From: the human T2T-CHM13v2.0 reference genome, Homo sapiens
Length of the DNA stretch: 64,000 nucleotides
Assembly: GCF_009914755.1 (NCBI RefSeq)
Contig: NC_060926.1
Reading direction: 5' to 3' (one strand)
The notes below the pieces were generated by a model. That model ran no database searches and was not told the DNA's origin. It saw nothing but the letters and a program-made list of their open reading frames with translations. Every line of letters begins with the position of its first letter. Within the stretch, counting starts at the first letter, position 1. The position numbers and the translations under genes were made by a program. Shown one piece after another: positions 29,001 to 47,722 of this stretch.

Positions 29001-29774
29001 GCTGAGTCTGTTGGTCCACAGAGACTGCAGCCACCCTTCCCCGTAGGGGCTCAGGCCCAGGGAGATCTGGGTTCTGTACCTGAGCCTCTGGCTGGAGTTA
29101 TTGGAGTTCCTGCCTGGAAGCCCCACCCAATGAGGAAGGATGGGTCAGAATCAGGCCTGAAAAGGCACTCTGGCCAGTCTGCCCCAGCTGATATGTTGGG
29201 CTGTGGGGGACACATCTTGGGACCAAGCCATCCAGCCTCCCTGGCTCTAGCAGGGGAAAAGCACAGCCTGGAGCTATGGAGATGGATATCACCTTTCCCC
29301 CACCCAGGGATTCTAGTGTGTTAGGCAGTTGTGAGTCCCAGTGCTGGCTGCTGCCTCTCCACCAAAGAATGCAAATGGCTTAGACAGCAGGTAGCCACAG
29401 CCGCAGCTGTGGTGCTGGTCACCCACTCCTCCCAGGAGCTCGGTAGGCTTAAGCAGATTCCAGCTGAAAGGCTGTTGAGAATCTGCATGGTTCCAGGGTT
29501 GGGACACTAGGCCCCGGTGGCATGAGTTCACAAGTGGAATCTTCTGATCCATGGGTTACACAGTTCCATGGAAAAAAGCATGGTTTCCCTGGCTGGGGAG
29601 CATGCTCACTCACTGCCTTCCTCTCTGTGGATCACGCCAGCCTCCTACTCAGTGCTGATGAGAGAACCTAAATACTTTGGTTGACAGTGAAGGAGTCACA
29701 TGCTTATTATGGTTCTTTTCAATGGGAGCCTCTGAACACCACTGTTTCTAGCCAGCCATCTTGGCCCCACTACC
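23078..29774 (-). mobile_element. Full-length L1PA8-like LINE-1 (dead)
   Basis: 5' end ggggccaagatggctggctagaaacag; ORF1 fragment (DELTEVGFRRWIIKNYSELKEH); ORF2 fragments; L1PA8-type 3'UTR (ttctaagttccctcccc...aacaggccct). TSD ctgtcttgttctt (23065-23077 / 29775-29787). Confidence 0.92.
25702..26050 (+). mobile_element. THE1A solo LTR in L1PA8 ORF2
   Basis: tgatatggtttgg...gggtttatcaggggtttctgcttttgcttcttcctcatt...attaataca; TSD gtagg (25697-25701 / 26051-26055). Confidence 0.9.
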
Positions 29775-29796
29775 CTGTCTTGTTCTTAGTGCAAAG

Positions 29797-30130
29797 ATGT
29801 AACAATCAATGTAGGCTCCGTTGTGCTACAGTAACAAAACTATCCTAAAATTCAGTCTTTAAATAACAAAAGTTTATTTCTCACTAACATTACACATCCT
29901 TCAAAGATGGGTGAGACTTTGCCCCATGTCATTCTTTCTGCCAGAGAGGCCACCATTGTGAACAATGCTGTTGTGGCTTTTAACTGAGCAATGGAACCTG
30001 TCACCTCAGCTCCCATTTCATTGACCAAAGCAAATGGCCAGACTGAGTTCAACCGGACAGGTTAATATAGCCCTCCTATTTACCTACAAGGAGAGAACTA
30101 ATATCTGTAAACAGCTAATAGGTTCACAAG
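29797..30130 (-). mobile_element. Old MLT1 (J/K/L-like) LTR
   Basis: gctacagtaacaaa...caaaagtttatttctcact...cccatttcattgaccaaagcaa. Confidence 0.6.
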
Positions 30131-30134
30131 AAGT

Positions 30135-30295
30135 ATCAGCTCCTCTGAGGTGGGTATGCTCACTTTGCAGGTAAGAAAACAAACATAGAGAGAGGTTAGG
30201 TAATTTGCCTAAAGTTCTTCGGCACATAATTATAAGTGCTGGATTTCTATTTGTCTGATTCCCAAGTTTGTGCTTAGAAGCACCATGCCTCACTG
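30135..30295 (-). mobile_element. MIR
   Basis: ctctgaggtgggt...cactttgcaggtaagaaaac...agagaggttaggtaatttgcctaaagt. Confidence 0.75.
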
Positions 30296-30339
30296 TTAGA
30301 AATAGAGACCATGGGAAGGGGAAATGGTTTTCCAAGAGA

Positions 30340-31130
30340 TTAGTTAAGCTTTAAATGGTTGTGGAACTTTGAAGTGGAAATCTCCCAGGGCAACTCAAAA
30401 TGTGGAACTAGTGTAGAAGAGAGACAAGAGAACTAGAGGTGCATATTGATTTGGAATTTCTAAATCAGAACATTCAGTGAAATATTTGTGTGACTTTTTT
30501 TCTCTAAAGACAGAAGAAAATGGGAAAAAACAGTCTTCAGGGATATCAACAGATTGGCAGAGAGAGAAAAAGAGCTAATAAGAAAGTTGTAAAAGAAAGA
30601 ACACTGAAGAGGAAAGGCCTTTAGGAGGAGTATAAGGTCAGGAATACCTGTTACAACAGGAAGTCGGAAAGTGATAATACAAGTTTTTTAAAAAGCCATT
30701 CTATTTGTATAGGAAGAATTCTGGGTGTCCTCTAAGGGAAACAGTTCATAAAGTAGTGAAATGAGTAACTTCAAATTTCTAGGGCCAGAAAAAGAAAAAA
30801 ACTGTGGGCATGAGACACAAGATTGAAGTATTTAGTAGCAGAAAGACTCATAGAAAAAAAATTATGATGGATTAAATGTCAGGGCTGTGGTTTCACAGTT
30901 TGCGAAGAAAAATGTACAAATGTTTAGAGGCAAGAGGATAAGAGAGATTGAAAATCAGAGTAAGAGAGACAGAGGCACACAGACAGACTACAAGAACATT
31001 ATAGAGCTGGAATCAACGGGGTCCACGGTGCAGGGGCAGACTGCAATTATGACCTCAATAGACATCAGGCCTTTTCTGCCTCTGAGACAGGGAAAGTGTG
31101 AGAGTATCATGGGAGGAAAATTGCTGATGG
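30340..31130 (-). mobile_element. Decayed L2 body
   Basis: aagtggaaatctcccagggcaact...gatttggaat... purine-rich antisense L2 pattern. Confidence 0.45.
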
Positions 31131-32178
31131 GAGATAAAGTCCAGGGCTCTTAGAATGCACAATTGATTACTATATCTTACAACAGGTCAAGCCCAAAATC
31201 ACAAAAGATAGCATCTTCCCATGTCCAGATGGACTGCTCTATATGCCTGGTCCTCACCTGGGTAAGAATCTCCTGGGAGTTTTCCCTCTATGAACCATTT
31301 TTCTTTTCTTTTCCTCATTTGAAGCATTATACCTGGTTTGGGAAATTGATCACACCTGTGGTAGATACTGCACTTGATCACCCAACATCCATATTTCTTA
31401 TCTTCCTTATTAAATTGCCCAAGTTTTTTCAAAGTGGCAATAACCCACATAAATTATTTCCTTCTCAACTTCCTTTACCTTTTTAGCCAAAGAGACATCA
31501 GATGCATCCCGTAGTTGGAATATGAGGGAGGGAACCCTTGGGACCCCATGTTAGGGTTGGGAACTTCAGGGCATCACCGTGTATGACTTTCATATGAAGA
31601 AAGTCATAATGCAAGGAAGTGGGAGATCACTGATTGAATGCACCTGTCTGTGGACAGCTCTGAGCAGCAGCATCCTTGTTACTGATTCTTTTTCTTGCCT
31701 GATCTGCAGGTGACATTTTGTGACCAGAAGAGAAAGGCCAAGAGAAACGAACATCAGCTTCTCTAACCTATTTATAGCCAGGATGATAGAATCACAAGAT
31801 TTTCAAGGTTTACAGGTGATGGGCTGCTCTCAAAAGGAGCTTTGTTGTGAAAACGTACCAAAAGAAAATGGATGAGTGATTCTCCAGTACGTTGCTTTTC
31901 AATCCTATGACATCCTCACCTCTGCCCTATGGGTAGATTCTTTGATGTCTGAAAAGTTTCTGTACATAAAGAGGAACATTCATTACTATTGTTTAATGCC
32001 CCATTTGTTAACTGTGTGACTTTATTAAAAAATTATTTTTGAAGGAGTAAACCATCACTATTTTAAGTATTCACATAGTACTTTCAAAACTAATAAATAT
32101 AGACTTGGAATAAAACAAATTAGATTTACTAAAACTTACTTGTTGGTCACAAACATTTTTAATAGTATGCCCCAAATG

Positions 32179-32604
32179 CATGGAATCAACCTATATGCCC
32201 ACTGCTGACAGACTAGATAAAGAAAATGTGGTACATATACATCATGGAATATTATGCAGACGTGAAAAAAAAACAAGATTATGTCCTTTCCAGGGACATG
32301 GATGGAGCTGGAGGCCATTATCCTTATCACCTAATGCAGGAACAGAAAACCAAATACCACATGTTCTCACTTATAAGTGGGAGCTAAATGATGAGAACAC
32401 ATGGACACACTGAGAGGAAAAAAGCACACTGGGGCCTATTGTAAGGTGGAGGGTGGGAGGAGGGAGAGGATCAGGAAAAATAACTAATGGGTATGAGGCT
32501 TAACACCTGGGTGATTAAATAATCTGTACAACAAACTCCCATGACACAAGTTTACCTATGTAACAAACTTGCACATGTACCTTGAACTTAAAAGTTTTAA
32601 AAAG
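32179..32604 (+). mobile_element. L1PA13/14-like 3' end
   Basis: gggagctaaatgatgagaacac...gagaggatcaggaaaaataactaatggg...ccatgacacaagtttacct. Confidence 0.85.
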
Positions 32605-33367
32605 TCCTAATTTAAAGTATTATTCTAATATTTTACATTTTCTGAAAAATCAGACAAAATACAAAAATAAATGCTTTAAATCTCTATTATACTTTCATTT
32701 TAAACCAGTTATAAAGGTACTGAAATCAAGATAAATTTTATCATATGTACTTATGCTTCTTCCTTTCTAGGATTTTTATGTATTATCAAGGTTTCTCAAG
32801 GCTGAAGTAGTTTTACTAGTGACAAAAGCAAAAGAATACCACCTTAGACCAGCTGAAATGACAAGTCGTAGAATTTTGAAACTGATAAATCTTGGTTGGC
32901 CAAGAATCCTGATTGTGTAAACCTTTGTGATTTAAACCCAAGCCTTGGGGCATTAGACTGAGCTTTCTTTTATAATAAAGTTTTATGCATTACATCAAGG
33001 GACTTTTATGTCTCTGCCTTTCAGATAGGTTTTAAACTTTTGAAACATGTTGTATTCCCAGAAATATGTTATTTATCCTTGGCATGGCTGACATTTCTTA
33101 ACACATAGGTATAAAATATCTGCATGTAGGTATTAATTAGAAGCTTATGTAATCAGTAAAAATTAAATATATCCCACAATGTTCACCTTTTTTATTAAAG
33201 CTAAATTTTGTATACTTCCATTAACTTTTTATTTGAATATCTGAATGACCTCATAGCTTTTATAGTCATAATTATTCTCTTTTTGATGCTTAAATTTTCT
33301 CAATTTAGCCAGTATGAATCCCTTTAAATCAGTTTCTTTATACTTTTTACACTGCCTTGAATATCTT

Positions 33368-33792
33368 TGAGAAAGTGAATATCAGCCCTCCTAGCTGGCT
33401 ATCAAGCTATGATAAACAGTCTCCAACAAGCATAGTCAAAGCTGTAATTCAGCTAGAGGAAAAAATATATCTGAGTGATTTTTGCTTTCTTACCAATGAC
33501 ATCCCAGCCTAGCCTCACTCCTACCAAATTTTGTAGAAAGATTACTAGATACTCAATTGCCAAACTGCTCCTACCTTCTTGACATTACCCAATCCAGAGA
33601 TGGTCCCTGCTTCTTCAATCTCTTCCTAAAATTACTCAACATAAGCAAAAATCTTATAATAAGGTCTTCTCAATTACCTATTTCCCTGACACCACAAAAT
33701 TCCCCTGGAGTGTGTTCTTCCTTGCAAGCTAAAAAAAAAAAAAAAAAAATCTAAACATGTTCCTGATGGTCTTTGACTAGTGGTCTTTCACA
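33368..33792 (+). mobile_element. ERV1 solo LTR (MER67-like) inside an old L1M fragment
   Basis: TG...CA ends; cccaatccagag, gtgtgttcttccttgc, tgttcctgatggtctttg. Old L1 3'UTR text on both sides (about 33200-33367 and 33793-33930). Confidence 0.55.
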
Positions 33793-34981
33793 CTTTGAAA
33801 TAATCCTTGCTTTCTAATAGCAGAAAGACATTTCAGACCCATCCTCAGTTTTCCTGATTAAAATATGGCTATCAGTTGTCCTTTATTTTAGTTGAGAGAT
33901 GAAAATAAAAAATAAAAATGTGGGCACTAGAGTTGAGCATGAGAGTTAGTGATGATTAAAATTGCTGCTGCTGCTGCTGTAACTATTGATGTCATTGAGC
34001 TACTTTTTAAGGAGGAGTATCTATTTGTTTAAGATTACATCAAACACCCACATCTAGCCTATTTTCACATCAGTCATTCCAATCTGGCCTATTTTCTTGC
34101 TGTACCCAATATTCTTTTAGTGCATCATTTTATTAAGTAAGACTTCCTTTGACATGGACTTTTGGAGGTTTGAGATTCACCCACTGTCCTGCATTTCAAG
34201 TTCTCACAAATTAAGAAAAACAGGGAGACAAATTACACTCTTTATTTAAAAACAAAAACATTACAGAACATATATCTGTGGACAAAACGGAGGCTTTCAT
34301 CTCTTTTTCTATGCCTTGAATTGAATCACACTTGTTAAGTACATGGAAGATTTCATAATAGCCAAGAGGTCCTAACCTGTTGTTCCTAACATACAAGAAG
34401 AGAAAATGAAGAAGGTGGTGGAGAGGAGAGAAAGTGAGGAGGGAAGGAAGAAAAGAGGAAGAATGGGAGGAAGTAAAAGGAAAGCAAGAACAATGGAGGG
34501 CTGTTTACTTGTACATAAAGAGGGGCAATGATAACTACCTGATTGGGTTGTCATTGAAACCAACTCAGACACTGTCTGTAAAGTGCAAGGTATATATAAA
34601 TCCTCATAAATGACAGCTGATATGGCCATTTATCATTCATTTTGATCATTTATCCGAACATAGTTATGCTTTACTCTTAGGGTCAATTTCTAGAAATAGA
34701 AATTGGGGATTCTGAACACAAAATTATATAGCTTAAATTTTAACAGCACTTCAGAAAAAAACTGTCAATGTTTTTAAACTTTTCCAATCTGATAGATAAA
34801 AATAAGTCATTATTTTTATTATCACTTCTTTTCTGAATTTAATAATGTTATGAAAGTTATTTATAAACATAATTTAAAGAGTCAAATAGGAGGGGCTGGT
34901 CAAGATGGTTGACTAGAAGCAGTTAGCATGTGCTAGTCTCATGAAGAGAAATAGAAGGGACAAGTAAATACAGCACCTTCA

Positions 34982-41319
<6,338 letters not shown>

Positions 41320-43144
41320 AAACCCAGCATCTTCAATGGTGAAACACCCAAGTACACGCACTGGGGCTCATCAAGAAAACAACTCCACCCACAGAGAATG
41401 GAGAAAAGCAAGGCAGGGTGACCACACCCCTGGGAGCAACACAGAGCCAGGTAAACATCCCCTGCCCAGAGAAGCAGTGAGTGAGTGAGTGACCCCAGGG
41501 ACAGACACTTCTCTCATGGATCTTTGCAACCCTTGAGTCAGGAGATCCCCTTGAGAACCCACCCCATGAGGGCCTTCAGTCTGATACACAGAGCTCTGCT
41601 GGGTCTTAGCAGAGCAGCCACTCAGGCACACACAGCGACCCAAGAGTTTAGATACCTGGGCTTCCCAGCAAAAGCAGCCGCAACTCCAGCTGAGCAGGAG
41701 GTTATTCCCCTGTACAAACCCATAGGAAAGGGGCTGAATCCAGGAGGATAAGCAGGGACAGTCTGCAGGCCCTGCTTCCCTAGCACCTCAGAGGATGAGA
41801 CCCACTGGCCTGGAACTCCAGCCAGCCATGGGTAGCAGTGTTACACCTCCCTGAGACAAAACTCCCGCAGGGCAAAGCAGGCCACCATCTTTGCTTTTTC
41901 ACAGGCTTAGCACTCTGAAGAATCCAAGGCAACAAGGGACTGGAGTGGTCCCCCAGCACAGCACAGTAGCTCTGTGAAGCAGCAGCCAGACTGCTTTTTC
42001 ATGCTGGTCCTGGTTCTCTTCACTGGCTGAAATCTCCCAACTGAGGTCTACAACCACCCCTGCTGGTGTTTTCAAGTAAGCAATGGTTTAAAACCTCCCT
42101 GGGAGCTCCCAGACGGAGGAAGGCTGTCGTCTTTGTTGTTTTGCAGCCTTAGCCGTTGTCACCTTCAGGCTTTGGAGAGTCAAAGATGACTGGGGGCTGT
42201 AGTGGAACCCCCAACACGGCACAGCTGCTCTTAAAAAAAGCAGCCAGACTGTTGTTTTGCACAGGTCTCCAATCCCATTTCTCCTCACTGAGTGGGACCC
42301 CCAACAGGGGTCCCCAGCCACCCCTACCAATGTGTTTGAGCCATAGCTCCCGTATTGCTGCCTTGCCACCTTCACTGTTGATATATTCATTTGCTGGAAA
42401 ACCCAAGGTGACTAGGTACTGGAGTGGACCCCCAGCATACTACAGCAGCGCTAAGGAAAAGTGATCTGAATGTTTCTTACATGAGTCCCCAGTCCCATAT
42501 CCTCTCAGTGAGCAGGTCCTCCCAGCCTGGATCACCAGCTACTCCCACTGGGACTATGCAGCCATTAGCAGCTCCACAACTCACTGGGACAGAGTTCCCA
42601 GTGGGAAGGATGGATTATCATCTTTGCTGTCTCACAGCCCTTGCCTTTGCTGTCTCCAGGTTCTAGAGAGTCCATGGGACTAGGGGCTGATGCAGACCCC
42701 CAGCCCAGAGCACCCATCTCACAGAAATGTGGCTGGACTGTTCTCCATGCAGGTTCTGGTCCTCACTTCTCATCACTGGGCAGGGCCACCTGACCTGGGA
42801 CTCCAGCACAACTACTCTGCCCCAGCCTGATGACTTCAATCAGAGGCAGTCCAGCAGTGAAAGAAACACCCATATGCAGAGATGAGAAAGAACCAAAGCA
42901 AGAACTCTGGCAACTCAAATAGCCAAAGTGTCTTATGTCCTCCAAATGATTGCACTAGTTCTCCAACAAGTGTTCTTAACCAGGCTGAGAAGGATGAAAT
43001 GACAGAAATAGAATTCAAAATATAGATAAGAATGAATATCATTGAGATTCAGGAGAATGCCAAAATCCATCCAAGGAAACCAAGAGTCACAATAAAATAA
43101 TACAGGAGCTGACAGACAAAATAGCCACTATAAAAAAAGAGCCT

Positions 43145-43437
<293 letters not shown>

Positions 43438-44354
43438 CTAACTGATCTGATAGAGCTGAAAAACACACTACAAGAATTTCTCAATGCAATCTCAAGTATT
43501 AACAGCAGAACAGACTGAGCTGAGGAAAGAATTTAATAATTTGAAGACTGGCTTACTGAAATAAGACAATCAGACAAAAAGAAAAAAGAATAAAAAGAAA
43601 TGAAACCTTTGAGAATATGGGATTATATAAAAAAGGCTAAATCTATGAATCATTGTCATCCCTGAAAGAGACAGGGAGAAAGCAAACAACACTAAAGACA
43701 TCTTTTAGAATATCACCCACAAAAACTTCCCCAACCTAACTAGAGAGACCAACAATCAAATGCAGAAATACAGAGAACACCTGCAAGATTCTACAAAAGA
43801 AGGTCTTTGGCAAGACACATAATCATTGATTTTCCAAGGTTGAAATGAAAGAATGTTAAAGGCAGCTGGAGAGAAACGGCAGGTCGCCTCCAAAGGGAAC
43901 CCCATCAGGCTAACAGCAGACATCTCTGCAGAAATCCTACAAGGCAGAAGAGACTGAAGGCCTATATTCAACATTCTTTAAGGAAAAAAATCTTCAATCA
44001 AGAATTTTATATCCAGTCAATCTAAGCTTCCTCAGAGGGGAGAAATAAGATTCTTCTCAGATAAACAAATGCTGAAGGAATTTGTTACTAGCAGACCTGC
44101 CTTACAAGAGATCTTGAAAAGAGCACCAAATATGGAAAGGAAAAATCATTATCAGCCAATACACAAACACACTTAGTTACACAGACCAGTGACACTATAA
44201 AGCAACCACACAAACAAACCTGCATAATAGCTAGCTAATAACACAATGACAGGGTCGAATCTACATATATAAATACTAATCTTCAATGTAAACAGGCTAA
44301 ATGCCCCATTTGAAAGGCACAGAGTGGCAAGCTGGATAAAATAGCAAGACCTAA

Positions 44355-44732
<378 letters not shown>

Positions 44733-44933
44733 TCACAAGCTCAAAATAAAGGGATGGAGGAAAATCTACCAAGCAAATAGAAATCAGAATAAAAGCAGGG
44801 GTTCCAATCCTAATTTCAGACAAAACAGACTTCAAACCAACAAAGATCAAAAAAGACAAAGAAGGGCATTACATAATGGTAATGTCTTCAACTCAACAAG
44901 ACCACCTAACTATCCTAAACATATATGCACCCA

Positions 44934-46364
44934 TAGCCAAAGCAATACTAAGCAAAAAGAACAAATCTGAAGGCATCAATTAACCAACTTTATACTACAA
45001 GGTTATAGTTTCCAAAACAGCATGGTACTAGTATAAAAATAGTCATGTAGACCAATAGAACAGAATAGAGAATCCAGAAATAAAGTCAAATACCTATAGC
45101 CAACAAATCTTCAACAAAGCAAACAAAAACCTACATTGGGGAAAGGACATCCTATTCACTAAACGGCACTGGGAAAACTGGCAAGTCACATGTAGAAGAA
45201 TGAAACCGAATCCTCATCTCTATCTTATACAAAAATCAACTCAAGATTAATCAAAGAATTAAATCTAAGACCAGAAGCCATAAAAATTCTAGAGGATAAA
45301 CATCTGAAAAACTCTACCAGACACTGGCTTAGGCAAAGAATTCATGACTAAGACCCCAAAAGCAAATGCAGCAAAAACAAAAATAAATAAACGGGCTCTA
45401 ATTAAACTCAAAACTTCTACACAGCAAAAGAAATAATCAGCAGACTAAACAGAAAACTCACAAAGTAAGAGAAGATATTTGCAAACTATGCATCTGATAA
45501 AAGGCTAATATCCAGAATCCACAAAGAACTCAAACAAATCAGCAAGAAAAAATAATAATAATCCAATCAAAAATGGGCAAAGAATATAAATAGACAATTC
45601 TCAAATGAAGATAAACAGGAAATAAACATATGAGGAAATGCTCAGCATTACTAATTATCAGGGAAATGCAAATTAAAACCACAATGAGATATTATCTTAC
45701 TTCTGCAATAATGGCCATAATTAAAAAGTCAAAAAAATAGATGTTGGCCTGGATGTGGTAAAAAGGGACAGTTTTACACTGCTGGTGGGAATGTAATGGT
45801 ACAATCACAATGGAAAACAATATGGAGATTCCTTAAAGAACTAAAAGTAGAACTACTATTCAATCCAGCAATCCCACTACTTAGTATCTACCCAAAGGAA
45901 AGGAAGTTATTATATGAAAAAGACACATGCACATGTATGTTTATAGCAACACAATTTGCAATTGCAAAGATATGGAGCCAACCTAAGTGCCTGTCAATCA
46001 TGCAATACTACTCAGCCACAAAAAATGAACAAAATAATGTGTTTTACAGAAAGTTAGAATAATGGTCTTGAGCCCCATCCAAGTGAAGTAACTAAGAAAT
46101 GGAAAACCAAATATTGTTATGTTCTCACTTATAAGGGGGAGCTAAGTTAGGAGGATGCAAAGGCATAAGAATGTTATAATGAACTTTGGGGACTCGGAGA
46201 AGGGTGGGAGGAGGTGAAGGATAAAAGACTGCACATTGGGTACAGTGTACACTGCTCAGGTAATGAATGCACCAAAATCCCAGAAATCTATACTAAAAAA
46301 CTTATCCATGTAACCAATAACTACCTGTACCCCCTAAAACTATTGAAATAAAAATAAAATAAAT
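44934..46364 (+). mobile_element. 5'-truncated L1PB1-like element in host ORF2 endonuclease region
   Basis: 3'UTR aaaggcataagaatg...ggataaaagactgcacattgggtacagtgtacac; TSD aaacatatatgcaccca (44917-44933) / aaataaatattcaccca (46365-46381). Confidence 0.88.
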
Positions 46365-47572
46365 AAATAAATATTCACCCAACACAGGAGTACCCAGATT
46401 CATAAAGCAAGTTCATGGAGACTTACAAAGAAACTTAGACTCCCATACAATAATAGTGGAAGACTTCAACACTCTACAAACAGTATTAGACAGATCATCA
46501 AGTCAGAAAATTAACAAAGATATTCAGGACCTGAAATCAACATTGGACCAAATGGATCTGATAGACCTCTGCAGAACTCTCTAACCCAAAACAACAGAAC
46601 ATTCTTCTCATCACTACATGGCACATACTCTAAAATCGACCACACAATTGAACATAAAACAATCCTCAGCAAATGGAAATAAATCAAAATCATATCAAAC
46701 ACACTCTCAGACCACAATAAAAATAGAAATTGAGACTAAAAAAATTGCTCAAAACCATGCAATTGCAACTACATGAAAATAAAAAACTTGCTCCTTAATG
46801 ACTTTTGCATAAGTAATGAAATTAAGGCAGAAATCAAGAAGTTCTTTGAACTAATGAAAACAAAGATACAGTATACTAGAATCTCTGGGACACAGCTAAG
46901 GCAGTGTTAAGAGGGAAATTTATAGCATTAAATGCTCACATCAAAAAATTAGAAAGATCTCAAATTAACGATCTAACATCTCAACTAAAAGCATTAGAGA
47001 ACCATGAGCAAACCAGTCCCAAAGCTAGCAGAAGACAAATAATAACTAAAATTAGACTTTAACTGAAGGAGACTGAGACAAGCAAAACCATTCAAAAGAT
47101 CAATAAATCCAGGAATTAGTTCTTTTAAAAAAAATTATAATATAGATAGGCCACTAGCTAGACAAAGAAGAAAATCTAAATAAACACAATGAAAAATGAC
47201 AAAGGGGATGTTACCACTGCCCCACAGAAATACAGCTAACCAGAGACTATTATGAACACCTCTAGTCACACAAAACTAGAAAACCGAAAAAAGGATGGAT
47301 AAATTCCTGGGCACATACACTCTCCCGAAACTGAAACAGGAAGAAATTGATTCCTTGAACAAAACAATAATGAGCTCCAAAGTTGAATCAGTAATAAATA
47401 GTCTACCAACCAAAAAAATCCCAGCACCAGACAGATTCACAGCTGAATTCTATCAGATGTACAAAGATCTGTTACCATTCCTACTGAAACTATTCCCAAA
47501 AATTGAGAAAGAGGGACTCCTCCCCAACTCATTATGTGAGGCCAGCATCATCCTGATATGAAAACTGGCAGT

Positions 47573-47722
47573 GGCCAGGTGTGGTGGCTCACACCTGTAA
47601 TCCTAGCACTTTGGGAGGCTGAGGCAGGAGGATCCCTTTTATTCCAGGAGTTTGAGACCAGCCTGGACAACATAGGGAGAGGAGACACTGTCTCTATATA
47701 GAAGAAGAAGAAGAAAGAAAAG
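47573..47722 (+). mobile_element. Free left Alu monomer (FLAM_C-like)
   Basis: Single left arm plus (GAA)n/A tail; TSD aaaactggcag / aaaatctggcag. Confidence 0.8.

Noticed and set aside
28554-29324. 256-aa plus-strand ORF
   Set aside because: Antisense read of the GC-rich L1PA8 5'UTR with a non-ATG start; chance open frame.
32771-32920. 49-codon open frame after a splice acceptor
   Set aside because: No recognisable protein similarity; cannot be supported as coding.
33963-33980. (CTG)n tract
   Set aside because: Only about six units, far below instability range, and non-coding.
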